A stretch of 64,000 nt of DNA, taken from positions 1-64,000 of the IMG/VR virus record IMGVR_UViG_3300009163_003337, one strand, 5' to 3'. Made by a program: the position numbers and the translations under genes. Positions within the stretch are counted from its first letter, which is position 1. Every line of letters starts with the position of its first letter. The DNA is from a virus. Under the pieces are notes generated by a model. That model was given only the letters and a program-made list of their open reading frames with translations, ran no database searches and was not told the DNA's origin. Shown piece by piece: positions 41,280-51,376 of the stretch.

Positions 41280-43088
41280 TTAACTTGTGTGTGTAAACAC
41301 ACGTTTCGTTATACCATTTTCCTTTTCTAGCATTATAATGTCACCTGTAGCAAACTTATATGATTCTTTTCTATGAGAAATAACAATATTACACTCATTG
41401 ATACTCTCTACTCTTTCTTGTAAAATATTAGATACAAGTTCTATACCTCTTTCGTCAAAAGATGAATCAAATAGCTCATCATATATAGCGATATTATAAC
41501 AAACGTTGCCTTGAATACGACGTAAGTCAGAAAATGCAAAAAGACATGCAAGATCTATCGCCTTCCTTTCAGCTCCTGAGAAATTAAAATATGAACATAT
41601 CTTACCTTTATCATTTACTATTTCTTCTTCAAAGAACTCATTAAAGCAGCAGGAGGAATTAGAATCAAGCTGTTCTAAGTATAGAAATAGCTTATTATTA
41701 AGAAGTTCAAGTAATTTATTTACAATATATGACCTGACTCCTTCTTCTGATATAATAAATTTAACTATATCTAGTTTATTTAAAACTTCTGCAGAGTCGT
41801 CAAGTACAATTTTTGCAAGTGTCTGCCGCTTTTCAATATCGGCAATAGTACCATCAAGATTAGAATTAGCTGTATTAAGCTCATTAATATCTACAGTTAA
41901 CTCTTGCTGCCAGGTCTTAAGTTTAGCTATAGTATTGGATATAGTCTGTTGCTTTTGCAGCTCAAGCTGTACATTAGCTTTTTCTTTATTAATAATTTGT
42001 ATTTTAGCTTTAGTATTAGCAAGGAGTTCCTTGTTTGCAGTATTTTCTTCTATATATTTTTTGTAGTTAGAGGCTAATAATATAATTTCAGCCTTTATAG
42101 TTGATTTTTCTGCGCTTATTACGGTCATATCATGCTCATCTATAGATTTTAAGCATACCGGACACTTAGATAGGCTGGTGCCTATTAGGCCATATTGCTC
42201 CTTTTTAGAATTAATCTCTAGTTTTGAATGTGTACTTTTTTCTAGAACCTCTACTATTTTATTTTCTAGGGTTACTATTGTCGCTTGAAGCTGGTCGTAT
42301 TGATTATCTAAATGTACAGAGCATATATTAGCTTGAACATTTAGTAGATCATTCTCAAGCTGCTGAATTTCACCTAAGTTATTTTTAAATCGCTCAGTAT
42401 ATAAATCGATCTTGTCAATACGCTTTTTATTTTGATATTGTTGCTGCTCTGTATAGCTTGAGAGTGATGTACTAATTTCTTCATATTTTGCTGCATTAAT
42501 ATCATTATTTCTTTTAATCTCGTTATATTCAGCTCTAACTGTAGCTGTCATCCGACCAAAAATCTCCATACCGAAAATATCCTCAATAAACCGTCGTTTA
42601 TCTACCTTGCTTTTTGCCATAAATGGAGTTGCGTTATTTACAGTCATGATAACACAGTTTTGAAAGATAGCTGGAGATGCACTCAACACCTCACATATAT
42701 ATTTTGTTGTATTTTGTAAACTATCACGCGTTTTATCTACTCCATCTTTATATATGTAAACCTTAGTAGGTGATAGTGTACGTATTATCTTAAAACAGTT
42801 ATTACCACGAGGAGAATTAACATTAAAATCAAGTTCTACGTGTGTCTTACCACCTGTAATATTATTAACTATAAGTTCTTTTTTAATTTCACGTAATGTC
42901 TCACCAAAAATAGCGAAGTATAGACCGTCAGCTATAGTACTCTTACCTACAGCATTCTTCCTCTCAGGCTTATCAATATTTCTACCTGTTAATATATGCA
43001 AACCTGGTTTAAACTCTATAACAACGGGTTCCTCCCCAACTGATAAAAAGTTTTGAATAGCGAGTTTATTAAAATTTACTACTTTCAT
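41280..43088 (-). CDS. gp46: Recombination ATPase, SbcC/Rad50-like
   Basis: NFLS.G, N..GKST, CPVC hook, FSGAE, YDE.FD, ISH. Confidence 0.93.
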   Translation of the reverse strand: MKVVNFNKLAIQNFLSVGEEPVVIEFKPGLHILTGRNIDKPERKNAVGKSTIADGLYFAIFGETLREIKKELIVNNITGGKTHVELDFNVNSPRGNNCFKIIRTLSPTKVYIYKDGVDKTRDSLQNTTKYICEVLSASPAIFQNCVIMTVNNATPFMAKSKVDKRRFIEDIFGMEIFGRMTATVRAEYNEIKRNNDINAAKYEEISTSLSSYTEQQQYQNKKRIDKIDLYTERFKNNLGEIQQLENDLLNVQANICSVHLDNQYDQLQATIVTLENKIVEVLEKSTHSKLEINSKKEQYGLIGTSLSKCPVCLKSIDEHDMTVISAEKSTIKAEIILLASNYKKYIEENTANKELLANTKAKIQIINKEKANVQLELQKQQTISNTIAKLKTWQQELTVDINELNTANSNLDGTIADIEKRQTLAKIVLDDSAEVLNKLDIVKFIISEEGVRSYIVNKLLELLNNKLFLYLEQLDSNSSCCFNEFFEEEIVNDKGKICSYFNFSGAERKAIDLACLFAFSDLRRIQGNVCYNIAIYDELFDSSFDERGIELVSNILQERVESINECNIVISHRKESYKFATGDIIMLEKENGITKRVFTHTS

Positions 43089-44134
43089 AATGTGCACCTA
43101 TTAAAGAGATCTAGTGTGTATTCAAGTACACTTTCTGATTTCGTTGTGTTTAGTAACTTGACGAAATCTATTATTGACTGCTGGATATCAACACTGGAAA
43201 GATTACGCTCTGCAGATGCATCAAGCATCTTACTTTGAATGTCGTAGTCAAATTGTAGACTATAGGGATTTAATTGATTTAATTTAAGAGACAATATTTT
43301 CTGATCTTCTTTTGATATATTACAGTCTATCTTTAACCTAATTATATTATTATGAATAAGAAGCCGGATATCCTCAGTTATTGTTTCGCTTAAAGCAAGC
43401 TCTTTAAGCGATATCTTTACATGACGGGGTGATATAGTGTTAGGAAAAAATTCAAGATTGAGCTTATTAATATCAAGTATATAATAACCTTTCTCATTAC
43501 CTAAATCACCTAAATCCATTTCAAATGGATTACCTACATAAAGTATACTACCGACACTATACTTTTTTTCACTTCTTAGATGAAAATGACCTGAAATAAT
43601 ACATGAACTTTTTTGTAAAAGATCTGTTATTTTTATACCTTCCTCACACATCTTGTATGAGTTCATTTTAAAAGTTTCAATTTCAAAATGACCTATGACT
43701 ATATCACTATTTGGTATGTTATTAATATCAGTATTCCAGGGGCATAGGCATATGCTCTTACCGAATGCATTTAATGTAGTAACACTATCATATATAGTGA
43801 CATTTCGCCTGTGTTTAAAAATAGATAAAGAATTAACGTCAGTTCTATATTTGTAATATACATCATGATTACCTGTAATAGCTATTACGTTAAATTCTTG
43901 AAATATATCTAAGATATCGGCTGATACCTGTAAGGTATTTACAGATATTTCACTTCTATTGTGGTGCCAATCACCGCAAAATATTACATCCTTTATTTTT
44001 TTTTGCCTGAACTCACCTGCAATCCATGTCGCCCATTCAATAGCGGTCTTATGCCAACTAGCGCTGTTAGAGTGTATACCTAGATGTAGATCTGAAATGA
44101 TACCTACTTTAGGAGTCTTTATATCAATACTCAT
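43085..44134 (-). CDS. gp47: Recombination nuclease, SbcD/Mre11-like
   Basis: SDLH.G, GD..H.R, GNHD, GHFE, SGHFH. Confidence 0.93.
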   Translation of the reverse strand: MSIDIKTPKVGIISDLHLGIHSNSASWHKTAIEWATWIAGEFRQKKIKDVIFCGDWHHNRSEISVNTLQVSADILDIFQEFNVIAITGNHDVYYKYRTDVNSLSIFKHRRNVTIYDSVTTLNAFGKSICLCPWNTDINNIPNSDIVIGHFEIETFKMNSYKMCEEGIKITDLLQKSSCIISGHFHLRSEKKYSVGSILYVGNPFEMDLGDLGNEKGYYILDINKLNLEFFPNTISPRHVKISLKELALSETITEDIRLLIHNNIIRLKIDCNISKEDQKILSLKLNQLNPYSLQFDYDIQSKMLDASAERNLSSVDIQQSIIDFVKLLNTTKSESVLEYTLDLFNRCTL

Positions 44135-44555
44135 CATCACTATTTTCGTCATCTAACGGCTTAACGTAGATAAACCCACTATGCTGTGAGGAGTCTGACA
44201 TAATGTCACAATATACCTTCTCCCGATATTTTTTTTCTGCTTCGTGATGACGATTTTCCTTTTTAATTCTATTAATGAAGGCATTAAAAGCAATTGTTGT
44301 AAAATAGGCAAACGGATTAGATTCTGTTTCAAATTTATATTTTTTACGGGATAGCGCTGAGTACATCTTAATAAGAGCATCTCCTATCATGTCATCCTTA
44401 TAGGTGTAGTTAATAAAATTACTACTAAAGCTTAAGCCGTGAGCAATTTTTTTAACATTTTCCGCTAGATCATCTGTTAGTATATCAGATGTATAGAAGC
44501 GGTGTAGTGATTCCTTAAATTCTTTCGGACTTATATAATAGTCGGCCTTAGACAT
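44124..44555 (-). CDS. gp55: Late-transcription sigma factor
   Basis: IA..LS...NF.NYTY+DDMI.D and NPFAYFT.I.+NAF+.RIKKE. Confidence 0.92.
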   Translation of the reverse strand: MSKADYYISPKEFKESLHRFYTSDILTDDLAENVKKIAHGLSFSSNFINYTYKDDMIGDALIKMYSALSRKKYKFETESNPFAYFTTIAFNAFINRIKKENRHHEAEKKYREKVYCDIMSDSSQHSGFIYVKPLDDENSDDEY

Positions 44556-44561
44556 ACCTTT

Positions 44562-44589
44562 ATAATATACTATTAGTTTAAAATTTCAA
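44562..44589 (-). promoter_or_regulatory. Sigma70-like promoter
   Basis: TTGAAA-N16-TATTAT, 6 nt before the gp55 ATG. Confidence 0.55.
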
Positions 44590-46037
44590 GCAATTTTTAT
44601 TGGCTTAACACTATAATTAATTTGCTCCTGTTTATAAATTTCCTTGCGCATGTTACCGTGCTGCTGACTATAAAAAAACATATCATATAGATCTAATATT
44701 AATAGTTTATCCTTACTTTCGTGTAGTCTTAGTCCTCGACCTATTGATTGTACGGTTCTAATAAAAGACTTACCTCCAGCTGCAAATATAATAGTGTGTA
44801 TATTCTTAATATTTACACCTGTAGAAAAAATAGCACTAATTGCAACGCATACAATATTTTTACTATTTTCCATAATTTGTTTTATCTTTTCTCTCTCATC
44901 TACACATACACTACCACGTATAAAGTAGATTTGCTTTTCTTTACACGTAGTTTGCAACAAATTATATATATTTTCACCGTGCTTGATATGATTAACTAGT
45001 ATGAGGATGTTGTTGTCTATACCAACGCATAACTTTGATATTACTTCATTACGACGAATACTATCTGCTAAAAATTCAAGCTCATTTCTATACTTATTTT
45101 GTGTTAATGTAGGTATCTTCTGTGATCCATGGTCCAATTGCAACATCTTAACTTCCACATTCGTTAGGTATTTTTCCTGTCTGAGCTCGTAACTACTCTT
45201 TTCATATAGAACTGGACCAAATTTACCTGTTATATACCAACTATTAAACTTGCAGGGCGGTAAGGTACCAGTAAAGCCAAAGCGATTAGGTGTTTTAATC
45301 TTATTAATCACCTTGCTTATCTTATTATCAGGTTTAATACGATGAACCTCATCAACAATTAGTAAATCAACATACTTTACCCAGTCATTATTTGCAAATT
45401 GTGATAGAAGTATGCTCATATTACATATAACAATATTACAATTTGTATCAGGCACATTAGAACCTGTCCAGTAAGTCATACTATAGCTTATACCGTATAA
45501 TTTAAACTCATTATATGTTTGTGATACAAGAGCCAAGTCTGGTACTATCATTAAACATTTAAAAGTTTCTTTATTATTACAATTTCTATAGTAATTCTCT
45601 ATTATTGCTGCGGTTATTAACGTTTTACCAGCTCCTGTACCTAATATGCAGGTTCCCCACCCGTTATCTACTGCCTTTTTAACGACATCAACCTGATAAT
45701 TACGCAAACTTAGGTTAAGATCTGTATATAATTTATATGACCTACTTAAATTTAGCCGATTTTTAAGATTTTCAGAAATATTTACTGTATCTAGTATTTG
45801 ATTTTGTATTAAGTACTGTCTAATCTCCCAATATAAGCCGAGATCACACATTCCTAGGGGTGTTATTACGTATTTACGTGTAGATATCTTAACACTGCTT
45901 AATTTAAAGCGTTTTTGTATAAATTTAGCATCTGTATTAGCTATACTAAAGTATTCTCGTAAAGAACTATAGATTGCAGCGTCTTCACATGTAATACTAA
46001 GTTTATTAGTGGTCTTAATATAGTCAAAAGTAATCAT
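44586..46037 (-). CDS. uvsW: SF2 DNA helicase
   Basis: LR.YQ, TGAGKT, DEVH, GFTGT, FSTG+NI, QSIGRGLR. Confidence 0.93.
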   Translation of the reverse strand: MITFDYIKTTNKLSITCEDAAIYSSLREYFSIANTDAKFIQKRFKLSSVKISTRKYVITPLGMCDLGLYWEIRQYLIQNQILDTVNISENLKNRLNLSRSYKLYTDLNLSLRNYQVDVVKKAVDNGWGTCILGTGAGKTLITAAIIENYYRNCNNKETFKCLMIVPDLALVSQTYNEFKLYGISYSMTYWTGSNVPDTNCNIVICNMSILLSQFANNDWVKYVDLLIVDEVHRIKPDNKISKVINKIKTPNRFGFTGTLPPCKFNSWYITGKFGPVLYEKSSYELRQEKYLTNVEVKMLQLDHGSQKIPTLTQNKYRNELEFLADSIRRNEVISKLCVGIDNNILILVNHIKHGENIYNLLQTTCKEKQIYFIRGSVCVDEREKIKQIMENSKNIVCVAISAIFSTGVNIKNIHTIIFAAGGKSFIRTVQSIGRGLRLHESKDKLLILDLYDMFFYSQQHGNMRKEIYKQEQINYSVKPIKIA

Positions 46038-46060
46038 ATGAGTAATATATTGTTAATTTA

Positions 46061-46456
46061 TTACATAGTCTCCATAGCCATTATCTTAATGATATTAGCT
46101 ATATCAAATCCCATACTACTCATAATCTTTTCAACCTTTTCTAAGTACTCAATAGCAAACTCACAGTCTGTTATTTCAACTATAATTTTTTGAATCTCTT
46201 CAGTTGTTTCAGCAGCTAAATCTGCCGTTTGTTGTGTGATTCTTACCGGTGCTTCAGTAATAATTCGAGATGCAATAGATATCTTAAGAGATTTCTTATG
46301 TTTAACTAGTCTATTAAGCTTTATCTTTAGATCTATTAGTCTGGCTGCCCAGTAATGTTTACGTGATGGCAATTTGAGTTGTACATCTTTAATATTAAAG
46401 TCGTTTATTATAAGATCTTTCTCGATCTCTAACCGGTACTGTTCAATCAAATTCAC
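46061..46456 (-). CDS. uvsY: Recombination mediator UvsY-like
   Basis: 131 aa helical protein next to uvsW; DL.I, P..KH.W, F.I.N.I. Confidence 0.7.
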   Translation of the reverse strand: MNLIEQYRLEIEKDLIINDFNIKDVQLKLPSRKHYWAARLIDLKIKLNRLVKHKKSLKISIASRIITEAPVRITQQTADLAAETTEEIQKIIVEITDCEFAIEYLEKVEKIMSSMGFDIANIIKIMAMETM

Positions 46457-46481
46457 ATTATCATTATAAATATAATTATCT

Positions 46482-46736
46482 ATGAAATCAACTGTAACTT
46501 TTAAAGAATATTTTGAGATTTATGTTGAAGAAATGACGGTCGGTGGTGTTATGGGTGGAAGTACAGGAGGATTCAGTCCTAGTAATCCAACTAGCTCTGA
46601 CTTTTATGCACCAGGTGATGCTCGTATAGCCACACCTGATCAATATATATGTACGAGAGCAGGAGCTATAAAACGCAATAAAAAAAGAGCTAAGAAAAGA
46701 GCTAAGAGAAAAACTAAGCATAATATTAAAAAATAA
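46482..46736 (+). CDS. Small late protein with a basic tail
   Basis: TATAAATA at 46465-46472; TFKEYFE N-terminus; YAPGDAR; KKRAKKRAKRK. Confidence 0.65.
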   Translation: MKSTVTFKEYFEIYVEEMTVGGVMGGSTGGFSPSNPTSSDFYAPGDARIATPDQYICTRAGAIKRNKKRAKKRAKRKTKHNIKK

Positions 46737-47164
46737 TGAACTTAGGTCACTGGATTACCTCATTAGATACTACCGACGATGTTATACCGTACGGATTTAT
46801 ATATAAGATTACATGTTTAATTAATTCTAGATCATATATCGGTAAAAAACAGTGTAAAACTATATTAAAACGTAGACCACTTAAAGGCAAACGTAATAAA
46901 CGTCATGAAGAGCGTGAGACCGACTGGAAAATATACACTTCTTCATCGAGAGAACTTAATGAAGATATAGTGACATACGGTATGGAAAAATTTGTCTTTG
47001 AAATATTGCGTTTTTGTAATTCAAAATTTGAAATGTCATACTTTGAAGCTAAACTTCAATTTGAAGAGGAGGTCCTCTTAAGAGATGACTTTTATAATGG
47101 CATTATTAACTTACGAATTGGTAGACCGAAAAACGCAAATGACTATAGAACACAGGATACCTAG
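46736..47164 (+). CDS. GIY-YIG family endonuclease
   Basis: GFIY.IT...R.YIGKK, W+.Y.SSS..L, FEIL, Y.E...QF, YN. Confidence 0.85.
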   Translation: MNLGHWITSLDTTDDVIPYGFIYKITCLINSRSYIGKKQCKTILKRRPLKGKRNKRHEERETDWKIYTSSSRELNEDIVTYGMEKFVFEILRFCNSKFEMSYFEAKLQFEEEVLLRDDFYNGIINLRIGRPKNANDYRTQDT

Positions 47165-47663
47165 GTATGAACTTAAATTATTAAATTTTGATTTCATTCT
47201 TAAAGAGACTTTTAGCAAATTTAATAGTGACATAACCCTATATGGTATTAGTAACAATTTCGCAAAGAAGGATACTCAAAAATTTTTCGTAAATGCACTA
47301 ATTATTACTATTTGTGAGCGGATGAAGACAGGTAAAATAGCCTTATATATTAACAGTGACACATTATATTTAAATAATAATGAAAGAGATATAATTCTTA
47401 ATATTTCCCTTAAAACTATTAGAAAATTACCTTTTCAATTTATAATTAGTAATATACCAGTTGATTTTTTCGTTGAAGAGATACATAATAATGTTGTTGA
47501 GTCGGTGGTGATGCTCGAAACGCAACTGAATTACACTCGTAATTATGATACTCTTGAATATTCACTTAGAGATCTAGTTAAATTCCTTAAGACTCACAAG
47601 TTAAGCTATCTTTATGAAGTGTATTTTAAGCAATTAACCAATAAAATCCTGATAGTTAAATAA
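47139..47663 (+). CDS. Hypothetical protein
   Basis: ORF; ATG 47139 preferred to reduce overlap. Confidence 0.55.
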   Translation: MTIEHRIPRYELKLLNFDFILKETFSKFNSDITLYGISNNFAKKDTQKFFVNALIITICERMKTGKIALYINSDTLYLNNNERDIILNISLKTIRKLPFQFIISNIPVDFFVEEIHNNVVESVVMLETQLNYTRNYDTLEYSLRDLVKFLKTHKLSYLYEVYFKQLTNKILIVK

Positions 47664-47671
47664 ATATAAAC

Positions 47672-48055
47672 ATGAGTAAATTTCTTAATTTAGTGGAGAG
47701 TAATCTACCTCCACAAGATCTTGATAAGAATAGAGAGGTTTTACGAGACTTACAGCAGCTTTTAAGTAAATCAGGCATAACGTCTTCACTAAAAACTTTT
47801 AAGGATGTTGTAGTTATTACCGTAAATAATAAGGTTGTTGAGTTAGAGCTTAAACATATCTCACAATCTACAGAAGAAGAGGCAGAAGATCAGACGGCTA
47901 AAATGATAGCAGCAGTTGCTGGTTTACCAGACCAAGGTATGAAAGGATTCATTCCGGGTACGACGTCAAACAAGCTTGCACAAGCCAAAAAAACAATGGC
48001 TGATGCAGTCGGAATAATGGCTAATAAATTTAGAGATGCAGCAAACGCGAAATAA
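47672..48055 (+). CDS. Hypothetical late protein, candidate head-internal protein
   Basis: AATAAATA 5 nt upstream; MSKFLNLVE; EEEAED. Confidence 0.65.
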   Translation: MSKFLNLVESNLPPQDLDKNREVLRDLQQLLSKSGITSSLKTFKDVVVITVNNKVVELELKHISQSTEEEAEDQTAKMIAAVAGLPDQGMKGFIPGTTSNKLAQAKKTMADAVGIMANKFRDAANAK

Positions 48056-48058
48056 ATA

Positions 48059-48814
48059 ATGAATAATTTAAATAAATTATTTGAAAAGTATTATAGAATA
48101 CTTAACGAACAAGAGCCGCAAGAAGGAGATATACCTACAGCAACAGGTGATCAACAACAAGCAGTTGATACACCTGTTGATCAAGATAATCAACAACCAC
48201 CGGAGCCAGAAATTATAGTCACTCCAGGTGAGAAATATATTATAAATATTTTAATAAGTGCTTTTTGCTTTGACAAATCGAAGCTTACCAAGCCGCAATT
48301 AATAGAGGTTCGTAATTTAACTAGTAAAATTAATGACCTAAAGGGAAGTTCAATCGCTACCTCAATAGATCTAATTAAGCAGATTTTAAAATTACAACCA
48401 AATACCGTTGTTAGGGAATTTAAAACACTTAATTTAATTAAACGTTATATACTAATAATTGATCAATCACTTGATGCTACAGATCTCAATAACTCACAAC
48501 CTACTAATACAGTAGATCAACCTCTTAAAAATTTTAATAATAGACCTGAAGTGGGGGAATTGGAATTATCTAGACTTTGGCCGCAATATAGTGATTTAAT
48601 AATATCAGCAATAGAACACATACCGACAGTTAGCGATTTTTTAATATTAAGGCCAAGTATTAATAAGTTTATTGAAGAAGATCCAATAGAATTAGTTACT
48701 GTAATTAAAGACCTTCTAACATTCCGTAGCAGTGAGGTAACCGATAAACGAGACAAGTTGCCTGACCCGGATATTGATTCTCCTACCTCAGATCTGCCTT
48801 TAGATTCTCTATAA
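48059..48814 (+). CDS. Hypothetical late protein, candidate head-internal protein
   Basis: LFEKYYRILNEQE N-terminus; a similar L.LIKRY.L+++Q motif recurs mid-protein, suggesting internal duplication. Confidence 0.6.
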   Translation: MNNLNKLFEKYYRILNEQEPQEGDIPTATGDQQQAVDTPVDQDNQQPPEPEIIVTPGEKYIINILISAFCFDKSKLTKPQLIEVRNLTSKINDLKGSSIATSIDLIKQILKLQPNTVVREFKTLNLIKRYILIIDQSLDATDLNNSQPTNTVDQPLKNFNNRPEVGELELSRLWPQYSDLIISAIEHIPTVSDFLILRPSINKFIEEDPIELVTVIKDLLTFRSSEVTDKRDKLPDPDIDSPTSDLPLDSL

Positions 48815-48815
48815 T

Positions 48816-48903
48816 ATGCCTAATCGTAAATTAACAACTATTTATAGCAGCTTTAGACACATCGCAAACAGATATTGAAAACGAAATAGCTAAGTATGAT
48901 TAA
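48816..48903 (+). pseudogene. Internally deleted remnant of a paralogue of 50249-51358
   Basis: MPNRKLTTIYS from ATG 48816 is joined out of frame to AALDTSQTDIENEIAKYD* ending at 48903. Compare MHNKQLSNIYS and NALDNTESKIEDLLLNN*. Confidence 0.55.
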
Positions 48904-49699
48904 TTTTAAAGAATATTACCGTGTTATAGTCGAAGGAGGAAATATATTTACTGTAGATCCTACAGTACGTATTCAATTAGCATATATTAAACCAACAGTT
49001 GATATGCTTTCAAATATTGTTAATATTAAAAATCTTGATAACTGTTTGTTGGGTAGTACTGGAAAAAGAGAGTCCTCAGGTGATTTAGATATAGCAATTG
49101 ACAGTAAAAAATATACTAAAGATGAAATAACAAACTTATTAATTAAGTGGTGTGAAGATCCAGAGCGTAATTTTGTACCTAAATATTATATTGCTAGAGC
49201 CGGGGATAGTAAAAGTTGGCTCCGAGCATCTGGAGATCAGCTACACTTTAGAACACCTATAGTAGGTTTAGATGGTCAGTTTGTACAAACAGACTTCATG
49301 TTTGTACAAGATATTAAATGGGCTAAATTTGTATTAGCTAATGATGAAGCAAGTCCTTATAACGGTAAACACAGAGGTGTAATATTATCAACTCTTGCTA
49401 AGAATATTAACTGTAAGTGGAGTGGTTTAAAGAGTATAACAAATAGAACATCAGGAGCGGTTGTTGAGGGTTCAAATCCAGATAGAGTTGCTCAAATACT
49501 ACTAGGCGATAAGAATGCTAAGAAAGGTAACCTTAAGACAATTCCAAACATCCTATCATTTCTATATAAAAAATATAATGATGTAGAGGTAGTTTTAAAC
49601 ATATTAGTTGCCGCGCGACAGATAATACTTAAAGACGGTTTAGATATAGCTACATTACTACCACAGCAAAAATTAAAAGCAAAGGTAGAAAATGATTAA
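48896..49699 (+). CDS. Pol-beta-superfamily nucleotidyltransferase
   Basis: LGSTGK...SGDLDIAID plus a third Asp in VQTDFM. Confidence 0.75.
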   Translation: MINFKEYYRVIVEGGNIFTVDPTVRIQLAYIKPTVDMLSNIVNIKNLDNCLLGSTGKRESSGDLDIAIDSKKYTKDEITNLLIKWCEDPERNFVPKYYIARAGDSKSWLRASGDQLHFRTPIVGLDGQFVQTDFMFVQDIKWAKFVLANDEASPYNGKHRGVILSTLAKNINCKWSGLKSITNRTSGAVVEGSNPDRVAQILLGDKNAKKGNLKTIPNILSFLYKKYNDVEVVLNILVAARQIILKDGLDIATLLPQQKLKAKVEND

Positions 49700-50234
49700 C
49701 TTTAAACAATTTTTCGAACAGCTACAAAATGTAGAGACAATAGCTGTCTTACCAGGAGGTTTTAAACCACCTACAAAAGGACATTTTTTAGCATTAGAAA
49801 ATATTTTACAAGATGCTAATAAGGGAGTTATTTTTATAGGTAAGAGTCCTCGTGACGGTATAGATCAAGAAATGTCATATCAAATATGGTCTATTTACAA
49901 ACCCTATCTTTCAAAGCCTGTTGAAATTGTTAAGAGTGATGTTACACCTGTTAAATCTACCTATGATCTTGCTACTGAACATACTAACGTTAATATAATT
50001 GTTGGAGCAGGCTCAAAAGATAACGATATAATGAGATATAATTATTTTATTAAAAATACGGAGAAATATCCTCATGTTGTTGTGACTCCTATTAACATTC
50101 AAGGAGGTAATATTAGTGGAACTAAAGTTAGAGATATGATACTTTCGAAAGATCCTAATGTAGTTAATTATTTTGTGCCAGACAATATTAAGGAAACAGA
50201 TAGAGAAAGAATTAAGAATATACTTAATATATAA
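49692..50234 (+). CDS. HxGH-class cytidylyl/adenylyltransferase
   Basis: PGGFKPPTKGH and ISGTK+R. Confidence 0.85.
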   Translation: MINFKQFFEQLQNVETIAVLPGGFKPPTKGHFLALENILQDANKGVIFIGKSPRDGIDQEMSYQIWSIYKPYLSKPVEIVKSDVTPVKSTYDLATEHTNVNIIVGAGSKDNDIMRYNYFIKNTEKYPHVVVTPINIQGGNISGTKVRDMILSKDPNVVNYFVPDNIKETDRERIKNILNI

Positions 50235-50248
50235 ATATTATATTAGCA

Positions 50249-51358
50249 ATGCATAATAAACAACTATCAAATATTTATAGTAAAGGAGTCCTTGGTAATT
50301 TCATCAAGAAACCTCTATATCTACGCGTTTTAGGTGAAGCAGACGAAAAAATTAAAAAGTATAGTAAGCGTGAATTAGCGATAATTATTGCAGCTAAAGA
50401 TCCAAATTTAACTGTAGGTTCTTGCAGTAAAGATACACGGGTTCAGCCAAAAGGTCCATATGATGTAACTAAATTTATTCAGACATTAGAAGATGCTAAA
50501 CTATCAATTGTTAAGATAGTTAAGCCGGGTGAGGATGGATCTACTTCTAGTCTACTTCGTACATATATTGTACAAGACGAAAACGAAAATGAATATCCCG
50601 TTGTATTAGGCAAGGGTAAAGGTTTTGGTACAAGGGATGAAAATTTTGTTCTAGATAATTTAAAGGAACAAATAAAATCTCTATTAATACAAGATGATAC
50701 TGATTACATTACTATTGAGATAAATGGTGAGAGTCAAAAAGTTGACGGTATTGAAACTACCCCAAAAACCCCAAAGAGTGATTTTAATTTTACTTACAAA
50801 GGTAAACCAGTATTATTTATCTCACATAAAGCAGGTAAAAAAGCCTCTGACTACCAGCAATACGGAGGAATGACATGTAAAGCAGGTAAGGATATATGTC
50901 AACATGAAGAGATAGAGGATTTTGTTGATCAGATTAAAGAGAGATATGCAGACGGTATGCCTCCTGGTAAGTCTTTATGGAAGAGGATTAGAGATCCTAA
51001 GCTTAAAAAACTTTCTCTTTTTGGTCCGGATTACGGTGAAAAATACGGAGAAGATAATGTTAATGGCTTGTATCAAGGTAATATAAAAATTGTTCCAGCT
51101 GATAATGATACATATAAACTTGAAGCACATCATATTATATACAATGACGATATACCAGATGGAGAATACGAGCCAGTATTATACGCAAGATATAGTGGAT
51201 CAAGAGGCGGTAATCACGGAATTAAAGATTTAAGAACTGCAATTTTACCAATAGCAAAAATATCTAAAAATACACAAGATGTTAAATTAAACAAGGCTAA
51301 TATTAATGCATTAGATAATACCGAGTCTAAAATAGAGGACTTATTGTTAAATAACTAG
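50249..51358 (+). CDS. Putative PD-(D/E)xK endonuclease
   Basis: E..+, TPKSDF, FISHK...QQYGG; TATAAATA at 50230-50237. Confidence 0.6.
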   Translation: MHNKQLSNIYSKGVLGNFIKKPLYLRVLGEADEKIKKYSKRELAIIIAAKDPNLTVGSCSKDTRVQPKGPYDVTKFIQTLEDAKLSIVKIVKPGEDGSTSSLLRTYIVQDENENEYPVVLGKGKGFGTRDENFVLDNLKEQIKSLLIQDDTDYITIEINGESQKVDGIETTPKTPKSDFNFTYKGKPVLFISHKAGKKASDYQQYGGMTCKAGKDICQHEEIEDFVDQIKERYADGMPPGKSLWKRIRDPKLKKLSLFGPDYGEKYGEDNVNGLYQGNIKIVPADNDTYKLEAHHIIYNDDIPDGEYEPVLYARYSGSRGGNHGIKDLRTAILPIAKISKNTQDVKLNKANINALDNTESKIEDLLLNN

Positions 51359-51376
51359 AATAGCATAAATAGTATT

